From an uncultured Candidatus Saccharibacteria bacterium (lineage in GTDB: Bacteria; Patescibacteriota; Doudnabacteria; UBA920): a DNA stretch of 64,000 nt. The stretch spans positions 1,189 to 65,188 of the forward strand of contig CAYYWQ010000001.1 in the NCBI GenBank assembly GCA_964474825.1, in the 5' to 3' direction. This document shows positions 27,473-37,056 of this stretch, piece by piece. The notes under the pieces were generated by a model. That model was not told the origin of the DNA. It made no database searches and saw only the letters and a program-made list of their open reading frames with translations. Position numbers and translations under genes: made by a program. Every line of letters begins with the position of its first letter. The first letter of the stretch is position 1.

Positions 27473-28573
27473 TTAAAGCCCGAGTAGTACTGCCGCAATC
27501 CACGGGAATACCACAGTAACATCACTCTGGATAATTTGGTAATAGCTTTGGGTGGAAAGTTTGTCCCAGGTAATTTTTTCTTTACCGCCAGCTCCTGAGT
27601 AGGAGCCGTAAGACATTGGGCTGCTACCGATTTCTATAAATCCTGCCCAGTCGCGGACTTTGTGGATTTTAAGGTCGTGCTTTATGGAAGGCACTACACA
27701 AATAGGGAAGTCCGCGGCAATACCGCCTCCAAGTTGCAAAAAGGCAATGGGGGCGTTTTTACTTTCCTTCATATACCAGTCGTACATTAAGTGGAAGTAT
27801 TCAAGGCCGGTTTTCATTACGTTTTGGTCAACGCTAATGTCACCTTTCTTTTTGTGAATCCCGTTATAAGAGTAGCTGGAAAAAATATTTCCCATAGTGG
27901 AATCTTCAAACCCGGGAATAACAATGGGAATATTTTTTTCAAAAGCAGCGTAAGTCCAGCAGTCGGCTGGGTTGGCAAGTTTGTCGGGCTTTATTAGGTT
28001 TTCTTTAAACAATCTTCTAAAATATTCGTGGGGATAATGTCTTTCTCCGTTTTTTTCCGCCTCTTTCCACATTTTAAGTAAATGCGGCTCCATAATGCGC
28101 ACGCTTTCGTCTTCCGGCAAAAAGGTGTCGGTTATTCTACGTAGGCCGGCATCTCTCAGTTCTGCTTCCTGCTGCGGTGTAAGTTCGGTGTAGCGGGGAA
28201 TATAGGCGTAGTGGGAATGGGCTACATAGCGGTAATATGATTCCTCGTGGTTAGCGCCAGTGGCAGAAACTAAGTGGACTTTGTTCTGCCTAATAAGTTC
28301 GGCTAACATTACCCCAACCTGAAAAGAACTTAAAGCACCGGCAATGGTTACAACTAATTTGCCGCCATTGTCCAAATGCTCCTTTAGCCAAAGAGCAGCC
28401 TGCATAGTAGAGCCGCCGTTTAAGTGCTGCAGGGTTCTTTCTGCGTAAGCCGTAACCGGTTTGCCGGCTTTTTTTACGTGGCTGCTAATTGTGCCTTTTG
28501 TGCCCGTGTTTTTTTCCTGCTCAATTAAATTTCTTAAGCCGGCAGACAGCTTGTTTAATTTAGCTTTTTCCAT
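27473..28573 (-). CDS. deoxyhypusine synthase-like protein
   Basis: TIAGALS, TGANHEE, EDSTMGN, GGGIAADFPICVVP, YSGA..EKITWDK with the catalytic Lys position retained. Confidence 0.88.
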   Translation of the reverse strand: MEKAKLNKLSAGLRNLIEQEKNTGTKGTISSHVKKAGKPVTAYAERTLQHLNGGSTMQAALWLKEHLDNGGKLVVTIAGALSSFQVGVMLAELIRQNKVHLVSATGANHEESYYRYVAHSHYAYIPRYTELTPQQEAELRDAGLRRITDTFLPEDESVRIMEPHLLKMWKEAEKNGERHYPHEYFRRLFKENLIKPDKLANPADCWTYAAFEKNIPIVIPGFEDSTMGNIFSSYSYNGIHKKKGDISVDQNVMKTGLEYFHLMYDWYMKESKNAPIAFLQLGGGIAADFPICVVPSIKHDLKIHKVRDWAGFIEIGSSPMSYGSYSGAGGKEKITWDKLSTQSYYQIIQSDVTVVFPWIAAVLLGL

Positions 28574-28577
28574 TTTT

Positions 28578-28685
28578 ATCCTTTTGCTTCTCGCGAATTT
28601 TTACCCCATCATCCGATAGGGCCTCACCACCTTCAGATCCCGTCTTAGGACAGGAGACATTGTTTTAAGCTTCAGCGAAAAGGAT
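28578..28685 (-). promoter_or_regulatory. riboswitch-like structured leader sequestering the SD
   Basis: closing stem AUCCUUUU/AAAAGGAU over the RBS; internal hairpins UCCUGUC-CUAA-GACGGGA and CCCUAUC-GGAU-GAUGGGG. Confidence 0.5.
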
Positions 28686-28717
28686 TAATTACAAAATTAT
28701 TTTAACAGATATCAAAC

Positions 28718-29308
28718 TTATGTCAAAGCCGTTCTTTTTAATTGCCAGCGACGAATTAGTATTAGGGTGGCATAACTAAAATCAATCGCAATAACCCAGA
28801 CCGGATACAGAAGCCCAATAAAAGAAAATACCTGGTAAGACGGAAAAGAAAATATATATTCAAATCCTGAGATATAATATGTTGCGGGGGAATCTTCCAG
28901 AGGTTTTCTAAAAGATTTACGGAAACTAGGAATAAAGGCAAACAAATCAATTACACACGAAAGAATAACAGAGAATAACGGTTGTTTAGTAACTAACCAA
29001 ATTACTATTGCAACTATCCCTAGAATCAAACATATAATATCCTTGGCATCATGCTCGGTATAACCCTTTTTTATGCATGCCCCAAATATTAATAAGCAAG
29101 CAATCAAGTTGCTCGCAAGTAATATAGAGCTTATTCCTACTCCGGATAAAATTTGGGCAAAAAAATTAATTGTTAAAATTAGTGACCAAATTAAGAAAGT
29201 GAAAGAATGGGGGCGTATTTTATTTTTGAAAATTGCGAAAAGGTATATTACAGTGGCTGTAATATTTGAACCGACCGACAGCACGAGTAAGATTTTTGCA
29301 AAAATCAT
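28718..29308 (-). CDS. membrane protein
   Basis: about 7 TM segments; RPHSFTFLIW and P..RKS...P.ED patterns. Confidence 0.75.
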   Translation of the reverse strand: MIFAKILLVLSVGSNITATVIYLFAIFKNKIRPHSFTFLIWSLILTINFFAQILSGVGISSILLASNLIACLLIFGACIKKGYTEHDAKDIICLILGIVAIVIWLVTKQPLFSVILSCVIDLFAFIPSFRKSFRKPLEDSPATYYISGFEYIFSFPSYQVFSFIGLLYPVWVIAIDFSYATLILIRRWQLKRTALT

Positions 29309-29313
29309 TGATT

Positions 29314-30396
29314 TTAGATTGCAGGTTGTTGCTGAGTCATGCAGTGAATGGTGCCGCCGCCGTAGATTATGTTGCTGCAGCTTATACCTATAACTTTACG
29401 GTCAGGGAAGCAGGATTGAATAATCTCCAGGGCTTTGGCGTCACTTTTGTCTTCAAAAGTAGGAACTAAAACAACTTTGTTGCCAATGTAAAAATTGGCA
29501 TAAGAAACCGCTGCTTTTTCTCCTTGTTCTTCGGTGCCTTTTTCATCTCCCGAATGCACGGTATGGCCTTCTTCGTAACGCATGTGCGGCATGGGCAGTT
29601 TTATAACTTCAAATGGTTTGCCGTCCTGGTCAGCAGCATTTTTTAAAACAGTGTAATTGTCTTGTAGGCTCACATAGTTTTCGTCGTTTTCGTCTTCTTC
29701 GTAAGCGGTAACAATTTTATTTGGGGAAACAAACCTGGCCAAGTCATCAATATGCCCGTCTGTGTGGTCGTTTACTAAACCTCTTTTTAGCCAAATAATA
29801 TTACTGACTCCTAAATAATCTTTGAGATACTGCTCTGTTTGTTCTTTGTTTAAGTGGGGATTGCGGTTAGGGTTAAGCAGGCACTGCTCGGTTGTTACTA
29901 AAGTTCCTTGGCCGTTAACTTCAATTGATCCGCCTTCTAAAACTATGCCGGGTTCAAATTTTTGGCCAGGTAGAGCAATTGTATTAAATACATCGTTGTC
30001 TTTTAACAGGGGAGCCCAATAGACCGGGTCTTCGTGGGCTTTACCGTAAACGTTGTAAACCCACTTAGTCCAGGCATTGTTGTTTAGGAATGTGGGGCCG
30101 TAGTCGCGGGTCCAGACGTCCGCGTAATTAATTTTATGAAAATTAATGTTGTTTAAATCAGCTTCCGAGTCTTTAATTAACTTTTCTGCCCGGTTCCGCA
30201 TTTCGTCATTTACAACAAGTAACTCAATCTTTTCGCTGCCTTCTAAAGATTTAATAATTTCACAAAAAGTTTTTTCTGCCTGTTCTATTCCCTGGGTAAA
30301 AGTTGTTATGTCGTGCGGCCAGGCAAGCCAAACAGCGGAATGTTGTTCCCATTCCGCGGGCATGTGTAAATCGAGCTCTTTAGGAGTTTGGGCCAT
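29314..30396 (-). CDS. aguA: agmatine deiminase family protein
   Basis: MPAEWE, WTRDYGP, LEGGSI, DHTDGHIDD, GGGTIHCMTQQQP. Confidence 0.95.
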   Translation of the reverse strand: MAQTPKELDLHMPAEWEQHSAVWLAWPHDITTFTQGIEQAEKTFCEIIKSLEGSEKIELLVVNDEMRNRAEKLIKDSEADLNNINFHKINYADVWTRDYGPTFLNNNAWTKWVYNVYGKAHEDPVYWAPLLKDNDVFNTIALPGQKFEPGIVLEGGSIEVNGQGTLVTTEQCLLNPNRNPHLNKEQTEQYLKDYLGVSNIIWLKRGLVNDHTDGHIDDLARFVSPNKIVTAYEEDENDENYVSLQDNYTVLKNAADQDGKPFEVIKLPMPHMRYEEGHTVHSGDEKGTEEQGEKAAVSYANFYIGNKVVLVPTFEDKSDAKALEIIQSCFPDRKVIGISCSNIIYGGGTIHCMTQQQPAI

Positions 30397-31338
30397 TTAT
30401 TTTTCTCCCAAAAGTTTTTGGACTCTTTTTTCTTCTGCTATCATTTCTTTTGAACGGGTGCGGTTTTTTACAAACTTAGTATCAGTCAGGGAAGAGTAAG
30501 TATCCGGTCTTCTGTCGTGCAAAAATCCCCAGCCGTCGGAAATGTAGTGGTTCATATTTAAATCCACTTTGGCAACAATAACTTCTTCTTTGCTGCTGCT
30601 GGCGCGTTTTAAAACTTTGCCAAAAGCGTCCGAAATAAAAGACTGTCCCCAAAAGCGGGACTTGCCTTCTTCTCCAATGCGGTTGGGAGTTATTACCGGT
30701 ACGCTGTTGGCTATGGCATGGGCGCGCATCATGGTTTCCCAGGCTTCATGCCAGTCGCCTTCGCGGGGAATATAGCCAATTACATTGGCAATGGCCGTGG
30801 GGTAAAAAATCATTTCCGCGCCCGCGAGCCTTGCAGACCGGGCCGCTTCCGGAAACCACTGGTCAAAACAAATAAGCACCGCGAAATTGCCAAACTTGGT
30901 TTTAAATATTTTATAGCCCGTGTCTCCTTTTTCAAAATAATCTTTTTCGTAAAAGCCTGGGTCATGCGGGATATGTATTTTGTGGTAGCGGTCTACCATT
31001 TGTCCTTTTTCGTTAAAGACCACGGCCGTGTTGTAATATTTGCCATTGGCAGCTTTTTCGAACAAAGGGACAATAATAACTATGCCTAATTCTTTTGCCA
31101 GGGCTGACATTATTTTAGTAGTCTTGCCAGGAATGGTTTCTGCGTATTTTTCTTTGGCTACTTTTGCAACCAAAGGAAAATATAAAGTCTGGAACAGTTC
31201 CTGCAAACAAACAATTTGCGCGCCTTTTTTTGCGGCCTGGCGGATTTGCTTAACTGTTTTTTCCACATTAGAATTTATATCTGCCGAGACTTTAGACTGA
31301 ATTGCGGCTACTGTGACAAAACGATTTTTCATAGTCAT
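30397..31338 (-). CDS. aguB: N-carbamoylputrescine amidase (nitrilase family)
   Basis: CLQELF, KIHIPHDPGFYEK, ICFDQWFPE; adjacent to aguA. Confidence 0.9.
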   Translation of the reverse strand: MTMKNRFVTVAAIQSKVSADINSNVEKTVKQIRQAAKKGAQIVCLQELFQTLYFPLVAKVAKEKYAETIPGKTTKIMSALAKELGIVIIVPLFEKAANGKYYNTAVVFNEKGQMVDRYHKIHIPHDPGFYEKDYFEKGDTGYKIFKTKFGNFAVLICFDQWFPEAARSARLAGAEMIFYPTAIANVIGYIPREGDWHEAWETMMRAHAIANSVPVITPNRIGEEGKSRFWGQSFISDAFGKVLKRASSSKEEVIVAKVDLNMNHYISDGWGFLHDRRPDTYSSLTDTKFVKNRTRSKEMIAEEKRVQKLLGEK

Positions 31339-31459
31339 TTATAAATAATTACCCCTGTATTCTAACAAAAAAGGCAAAAAAATGCTATAATGAAAACAGA
31401 GGCATAAATGCCCATTTTTTCTTAAGTAGCTATTTAGCAATAGCTTTGAGGACGCAAAA

Positions 31460-32578
31460 ATGATTGGGCATATTAGGGACAGTGTAATCGGTTTTGTTTA
31501 TCGTAAAGTGCTTAAGCCGATTTTTTTTATGCAGGATCCGGAAGATGTGCACGACCGGATGATTACAGCCGGCCGTCTCCTGGGAAGTAATTCGGTAACG
31601 CGGGGAATAACAGGCTTAATGTTTGGTTCCAGTAATTCAATGCTGCAACAAACAGTAGCCGGAATAAAGTTTAACAATCCAATTGGTTTAGCGGCAGGAT
31701 TTGATAAAAATGCCCAACTAACTAAAATTTTACCTTCAGTAGGTTTTGGTTTTGAGGAAATAGGCTCCATAACAGGGGAGCCTTGTCCGGGGAATGAAAG
31801 GCCGAGGTTGTGGCGGCTTAAGCAGTCGCAAAGTTTATTGGTTTATTACGGTTTAAAAAATGACGGGTGTGAAGCCATTGCAAAAAGACTTAAGGGGCGA
31901 AAGTTCGGGTTTCCCTTGGGTATCTCCATAGCTAAAACCAATAATCAGGCTTGCGCGGACGAGCAAACAGGTATAGCCGATTATGTTAAGGCTTATAGGG
32001 AATTTGTTTCCGCTAACATTGGCGATTATTTTACGGTTAATATTTCCTGCCCTAATACTTTTGGGGGCGAGCCGTTTACCACACCGGAAAAATTTGAGCG
32101 GCTTATTTCCGCCTTGCGCCAGGTGTCTTCACAAAAACCAATGTTTATTAAAATGCCTTCGGAAATGCCGTTTAATGTTTTAGACGGTATAATAGAAGTG
32201 GCGCGTAAATACAAAGTTACAGGATTTATTTCCACTAACTTAGCCAAAGACAGAAGTAATCCAAATGTCCATGACAAAGATTTTCCTTCGGTAGGGGGTA
32301 TGTCCGGGAAAGTCGTGGAAGAGTTGGCCAACAAGCAAATTGCTTATTTGTATAAAAAGACCAAGGGTGAATTTATTTTAGTTGGCTGCGGCGGGGTGTT
32401 CTCTGCCGAAGACGCTTATAAAAAAATCCGTTTGGGCGCTAGCCTTATCCAGTTAATTACCGGAATGATATTCCAAGGTCCGCAGCTTATAGGACAAATT
32501 AACCGCGGTTTGGCGACACTGCTTAAGCGAGATGGTTACACAAACATCTCCCAAGCCGTGGGAGTAGACAGTAAATAA
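31460..32578 (+). CDS. pyrD: quinone-dependent dihydroorotate dehydrogenase (class 2)
   Basis: DPEDVH, NPIGLAAGFDKN, GNERPRL, NISCPNT, GGMSG. Confidence 0.93.
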   Translation: MIGHIRDSVIGFVYRKVLKPIFFMQDPEDVHDRMITAGRLLGSNSVTRGITGLMFGSSNSMLQQTVAGIKFNNPIGLAAGFDKNAQLTKILPSVGFGFEEIGSITGEPCPGNERPRLWRLKQSQSLLVYYGLKNDGCEAIAKRLKGRKFGFPLGISIAKTNNQACADEQTGIADYVKAYREFVSANIGDYFTVNISCPNTFGGEPFTTPEKFERLISALRQVSSQKPMFIKMPSEMPFNVLDGIIEVARKYKVTGFISTNLAKDRSNPNVHDKDFPSVGGMSGKVVEELANKQIAYLYKKTKGEFILVGCGGVFSAEDAYKKIRLGASLIQLITGMIFQGPQLIGQINRGLATLLKRDGYTNISQAVGVDSK

Positions 32579-32581
32579 ATA

Positions 32582-33418
32582 ATGAAATTTCCACAAATAC
32601 CAAAAGACAGTATATTGCTTACTCCCGTGCTCCATCCGGCACCGCTGCCGGTACTAAAACCCAAAGCCAAGGGCAGTTTACGCGTGGCTACTTTTAACGC
32701 GCATTTTGGCCGCAATATTGCCAAAGTGGGCCAGGCATTTTTAAATAATCCCAATTTAGCTTTAGCAGATGTTATTTTACTCCAGGAAATTGAACATAGA
32801 AGCGGAGAAAAAACTTCCAGCGCCAGCCAGTTAGCCAAGCGTTTGGGATTAAATTTTGCATACACCGCGGTTAGGCGCCTTTCTTTGGGACGCGGCACTC
32901 ATGGGTTGGCAATTTTGAGCCGTTTGCCTATTAACAGCACAACAGTTATAAAATTGCCGGTTTACCCGCTTCTGCGTTTTAGGCCGCGCTTGGCTGTTTG
33001 CAGTGAAGTTGATTTTTTAGGCAAGAAAATTAAAATTTATAATGTTCATTTAAATGGCCCGCTTAATTACGCAAAAAGAATTTTGCAGCTGAGGGACGTG
33101 TTAGTAGACATTAGTCTGCAAAATAAATCTGACACCGTAATTTTAGGAGGGGATTTTAACACTATTCCGCTTATGACTTTGGCCGGCACAATGATCCCGC
33201 TTTTTTACGACGACCAAAAAAATAAATTCCATTTGTTTTTAAAAAAGCACGGGTTTATGACTAACTGCGAGGAAATTGGTTATACCATGCGCCGGGGTTT
33301 TGTGCGCTTTCAGCTGGACGGCATTTATCCTAAAAACGCCAAAGTTGCAGCCTTTGGCATAGAACGCAGTATAAAACTTTCAGACCACTTTCCTATGTGG
33401 GCGGATATTAAAGTTTAA
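32582..33418 (+). CDS. endonuclease/exonuclease/phosphatase family protein
   Basis: ATFN, LLQE, NVHL, GGDFN, SDHFP. Confidence 0.9.
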   Translation: MKFPQIPKDSILLTPVLHPAPLPVLKPKAKGSLRVATFNAHFGRNIAKVGQAFLNNPNLALADVILLQEIEHRSGEKTSSASQLAKRLGLNFAYTAVRRLSLGRGTHGLAILSRLPINSTTVIKLPVYPLLRFRPRLAVCSEVDFLGKKIKIYNVHLNGPLNYAKRILQLRDVLVDISLQNKSDTVILGGDFNTIPLMTLAGTMIPLFYDDQKNKFHLFLKKHGFMTNCEEIGYTMRRGFVRFQLDGIYPKNAKVAAFGIERSIKLSDHFPMWADIKV

Positions 33419-33421
33419 AGT

Positions 33422-34222
33422 TTATTTCACCGAAGTATTTTTTACTAAAGTTGCGGTTATGGCAACATCCCCGGAGAGGTGTTTGCCTTCTACTTTGACC
33501 ACATCACCTGTATTAAATTTAGCAAACGGCAAAGACTGGCCGTTTTTATTTTGTAATTTTGCGTTTGTAACGTCTATTCCATAAATTGCGTTACCGCTTC
33601 CGAGAACAGTAAAGCTGTTGCCAATTTTCATGGTAATGGCGCCGGTTATGGTTATGTTTATGTATCTCAAAGTGCCTTCCACAGACTTGGCCGCAATGTC
33701 GGCTTTATTTCTGTCCCAAAGGCCTTTAACAGAAGCGGTCATGCCTAATTGCATATCGCTGAAAGTCGCAGCGCCTTTGTTTTTCTTAAAAGTAGTTAGC
33801 TGGTCAGTGTTAATAGTTTGGGCTCCGTTTGTTTTGCCGTCTATAACAAAACTGGAATTGGCGGGATTTATATAAATTATTTTTCCACTGAATGTGCCGG
33901 TATGCGGGAAAAGGGAGAGGTTGCGTAAGTAGGTAGCGCTTATACTGCTGTCTGCCCAAAGTATGCCTTTGGTTTCTATTTTGTCACCGGGTAAAATTTC
34001 TGTAAACTTCATGGCCGCGCCGTTTTTGCGGACCAATTGCGCGTTGCCGACCTCGGCGCTGTAATTAGCCGCGTTGGTGGTTCTAAAGAAAACCTGGCTG
34101 CCTACTATTTTAGTTACTGTGCCGGTAAAGGTTTTGGGCTGGGTTTGGGCCAAACTTATGGCAGGAACAGCACAAAGTAAAATACTGACTATAATTATTC
34201 TCTCCCAAATTTTTATTCGCAT
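33422..34222 (-). CDS. secreted protein with three OB-like (DUF5666-like) repeats
   Basis: signal peptide; three repeats of G.I/V...N.SF...GD.V.V.G. Confidence 0.7.
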   Translation of the reverse strand: MRIKIWERIIIVSILLCAVPAISLAQTQPKTFTGTVTKIVGSQVFFRTTNAANYSAEVGNAQLVRKNGAAMKFTEILPGDKIETKGILWADSSISATYLRNLSLFPHTGTFSGKIIYINPANSSFVIDGKTNGAQTINTDQLTTFKKNKGAATFSDMQLGMTASVKGLWDRNKADIAAKSVEGTLRYINITITGAITMKIGNSFTVLGSGNAIYGIDVTNAKLQNKNGQSLPFAKFNTGDVVKVEGKHLSGDVAITATLVKNTSVK

Positions 34223-34328
34223 ATTATTAAGATAATTTTATTATATTTATAGGGTATACTGTCGTTCACTAAAAGTCAATTTTAAACTGTGGATAATTAA
34301 AAAAACCGCCAAATCGCGGTTTTTTTAA

Positions 34329-34505
34329 TTATTTCCATTCAAGGTCTTTATCACGTTTAGTTTTTAGGGATTTCACGCGGCTTTTGGAAAGGGAAGTCCA
34401 GGCTAAAACTCCAATGGCTGTCATGAGGGCTTCTTTTTCTTTGGCCTTAAATTTACCATCAGACACCAATTTTATTAAAATATCCGCGGCTTCTTTGTGT
34501 TCCAT
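34329..34505 (-). CDS. small hypothetical protein (58 aa, not in ORF track)
   Basis: MEHKEAADILIKL...EKEALMTAIGVLAWTSLSK...EWK*; sits between the SRPBCC gene and a terminator. Confidence 0.6.
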   Translation of the reverse strand: MEHKEAADILIKLVSDGKFKAKEKEALMTAIGVLAWTSLSKSRVKSLKTKRDKDLEWK

Positions 34506-34523
34506 GTGGTTGCCCTAATATTA

Positions 34524-34961
34524 TTAGTTACTGTTTTCAACGTGTTTTTTAAAATTGTCTAAAATTGCCTGCCAACCCTCCCTTTGCATTTCTTCCGGGT
34601 TTTGGTTTTCCGGGTCAAAGGTTACGGTTACCTTTGTGCCTTCAACAGCCGCGGCAAATTCAACTTTCACATGACGGCTTTTAACTTCAGTGGGAGCTTT
34701 ATCCATATCGTATTCAATAAGTTCGTGTTCTGTTACGGCAGTGTAAGTCCCAGTAAAATCAAAGCTGGCGCTTTTGTCTTTTGCGGCCATGGTAGTTTTA
34801 AATTTTCCACCTACTTTTAAATCATTCTCCGCGGCCGGCGCTTCCCAGTCGTCTGAGGCAAAAGCCCATTTGGTAATATGTTCGGGTTCGCTATAATATT
34901 GCCAAACTTTTTCAATTGGCGCGTTAACAATTGCTTCCACTATAATAGTTTTTGTGTTCAT
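34524..34961 (-). CDS. SRPBCC/AHSA1 family protein
   Basis: APIEKVW, DLKVGGKF, QREGWQAILDNFKK. Confidence 0.9.
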   Translation of the reverse strand: MNTKTIIVEAIVNAPIEKVWQYYSEPEHITKWAFASDDWEAPAAENDLKVGGKFKTTMAAKDKSASFDFTGTYTAVTEHELIEYDMDKAPTEVKSRHVKVEFAAAVEGTKVTVTFDPENQNPEEMQREGWQAILDNFKKHVENSN

Positions 34962-35040
34962 ATATAATGTTAATAATTATTAATATTATAATAACAAAAA
35001 ACATTAGCACCTGCTAATGTTTTTTGTTGGTAATGAATTT

Positions 35041-35787
35041 CTACTTTAGCAAAGCGGGGATGATTGCTAAAAGCACAATGTCCGCGGTAAAATGGGCCAC
35101 AATGCTGTATTCCAAACCTTTTTTCCAGTAGAGCCAGCCAAAGACCAGGCCGCCAACTCCGTTAAGTACTATTGCCCTGGCAATAACCAGAGGAGTTATG
35201 GCTGTGAGCGCCGCGGTTATGGGTAAGTGGCCAAGTCCAAAGAGTATTGAAGAAAGTATTATTGCCGCCGACATAATTAGGGCGTTCTTAGTAGGCTCCA
35301 TTGATTTGAAAATTTTGGCAAGTATCCATGCGAATAGCGACATGCAAAATAGACGCATTAATAATTCTTCCACTATGCCGCCGTAGAATGCCGCTAGCAG
35401 TGTCTTCCACATTGTCACGTGGCCGTTAACTACAGTAAGTTCCGGAAGGTATTTTCCAAACTGCACATCGCCAAGTGCAATTAACACAGCGGTTATTACA
35501 CCCGCAGAAACAGTTAATAAAACAAAGCGCGGTAGTTTTTGTTTTGTGGGCGTATTTGGATCAAAAAGCGTAAGTACGGGAATATTTAAGCTCTGAGAAA
35601 GTTTTAACCCAAAAAATATGGCAATGGCTAAAAGAACCGCAGTTTGCGCAATTGATGCCAATATAATTGTTAGCAGTGGCTGCCCAGTTTTTAATATAAT
35701 ATCGTGTTGCAAAGTAAAGGCATAAGGCAGAACAGCGGCCCCGCCCACTAGTCCCGCCAGCCATAATACCAAAAATTTGTGCTTCAT
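35041..35787 (-). CDS. CPBP family intramembrane metalloprotease
   Basis: EELLMR, FGLGH, AHFTAD. Confidence 0.9.
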   Translation of the reverse strand: MKHKFLVLWLAGLVGGAAVLPYAFTLQHDIILKTGQPLLTIILASIAQTAVLLAIAIFFGLKLSQSLNIPVLTLFDPNTPTKQKLPRFVLLTVSAGVITAVLIALGDVQFGKYLPELTVVNGHVTMWKTLLAAFYGGIVEELLMRLFCMSLFAWILAKIFKSMEPTKNALIMSAAIILSSILFGLGHLPITAALTAITPLVIARAIVLNGVGGLVFGWLYWKKGLEYSIVAHFTADIVLLAIIPALLK

Positions 35788-35794
35788 AAATAGT

Positions 35795-36199
35795 TTATCT
35801 ATTAATTAAGTCGTTATTGTTTTGTGTGTCAATGCATTTTGGAATTAAGTCGACAGGAAAGCTGTATTTATTGGCCGCGTCGCAGGGGACAATGCCGTTT
35901 CCGTCAAAGGCCAATTCCCACCCATTGGCAGTTTTAGCGGCAAACCATAAACCGCCGCCGCCCGTCCCGGCTTCATTAAAAGTGCCTTTGGCAAAGGTTC
36001 CGCTGTCCGTTGTTACTTTAACATTTATTCCACTTCCGGATAAGTCGTATTTATTCATAAAAATTTCAGTTACCTGTTCTACCGTGGTTTTTTTCTGGTT
36101 ACTGCTTTCTACTTTGGTAAATACGCGTAAAGAAATAATAGTAAGTATGGCAAGAATTATAGCCATAACCATTATGAAGCCAAATATTTTTTTACTCAT
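35795..36199 (-). CDS. membrane-anchored hypothetical protein
   Basis: N-terminal TM; W...DGNGIVPC motif. Confidence 0.7.
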   Translation of the reverse strand: MSKKIFGFIMVMAIILAILTIISLRVFTKVESSNQKKTTVEQVTEIFMNKYDLSGSGINVKVTTDSGTFAKGTFNEAGTGGGGLWFAAKTANGWELAFDGNGIVPCDAANKYSFPVDLIPKCIDTQNNNDLINR

Positions 36200-36219
36200 G
36201 TTTTTTAGTTTAATAGTTA

Positions 36220-36864
36220 TTAAATTTGTGGTGATTGGGTTGGTTTAGTGAAAATAATAATCCCGGTTCCCGTTAGTCCCGCAATTAGGAGGGAGATGTC
36301 TTCGGTAACGCCCATTGACAGCGCGGCAGTAAAGCCAAGCAGTGACCATAACAAGGGGATAATAAGCGCATATTTGGGAACCCGTCTTGCCAGGAGAAGG
36401 ACTCCAAAAGTAAATATGGTGGTGGGGCAGGGCAGACCAAAAGTGGGAGAGAAGGGGTAAACGTGGCCTAGATTGCTTCCCAGTAGCGGATAGAGTATTG
36501 TCCCAAAAATCATAAGGAAAAGGCCAATAATGGACTTCCAATTTTTAGTAAATGAAAACCATAAGCGGTTCTTTATTGCTCCTTCAAAAATAAATATTAA
36601 TGCTTGCACAATAAACACAGCGCCAAACAGGCGTGCCGCTGGATTAATGTCGGCAAAAAAAGTCCAGTGGTACATAATGCCCATCCATAGCCAGTAAAGG
36701 GCTAGTATTAGGGCTATTATTTTTCCGGAATTTTTACCCGGCTTAAAAATTAAATATAAAATTAAAGCTGCCGCAAAATAAATAATTATTTGCGCTGGCC
36801 AGACTGAGAGGTTGTATTGTTCGAGTGAGCCAAAAAATTGGGTGGGAGTGAAAGGTAGTTGCAT
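36220..36864 (-). CDS. membrane protein (DUF6064-like)
   Basis: MQLPFT..QFF...YN..VWP, FGLPCPTTIFTFG. Confidence 0.75.
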   Translation of the reverse strand: MQLPFTPTQFFGSLEQYNLSVWPAQIIIYFAAALILYLIFKPGKNSGKIIALILALYWLWMGIMYHWTFFADINPAARLFGAVFIVQALIFIFEGAIKNRLWFSFTKNWKSIIGLFLMIFGTILYPLLGSNLGHVYPFSPTFGLPCPTTIFTFGVLLLARRVPKYALIIPLLWSLLGFTAALSMGVTEDISLLIAGLTGTGIIIFTKPTQSPQI

Positions 36865-36890
36865 AATTAAAAATTAATAAAGGTTTCCGT

Positions 36891-37035
36891 CGAGGAGCTA
36901 ATAAAAAAAGCTAACGGAAAAATCCGCTAACTTGTGTTTATATTTAGCATGGCAACTAGCTGCTCCTCGGGGGAATCACCCAAAAAATTTACGGGTGATA
37001 TTCGCATGTTTAAAACTTATTACTTTAGCATTATA
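36891..37035 (-). promoter_or_regulatory. attenuator-like leader: extended -10, 26-aa uORF, terminator
   Basis: TGCTATAAT; uORF 37007-36927; hairpin GUUAGCGGA-UUUU-UCCGUUAGC + U7. Confidence 0.5.
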
Positions 37036-37056
37036 GCATAAAATATAAATGCGATT

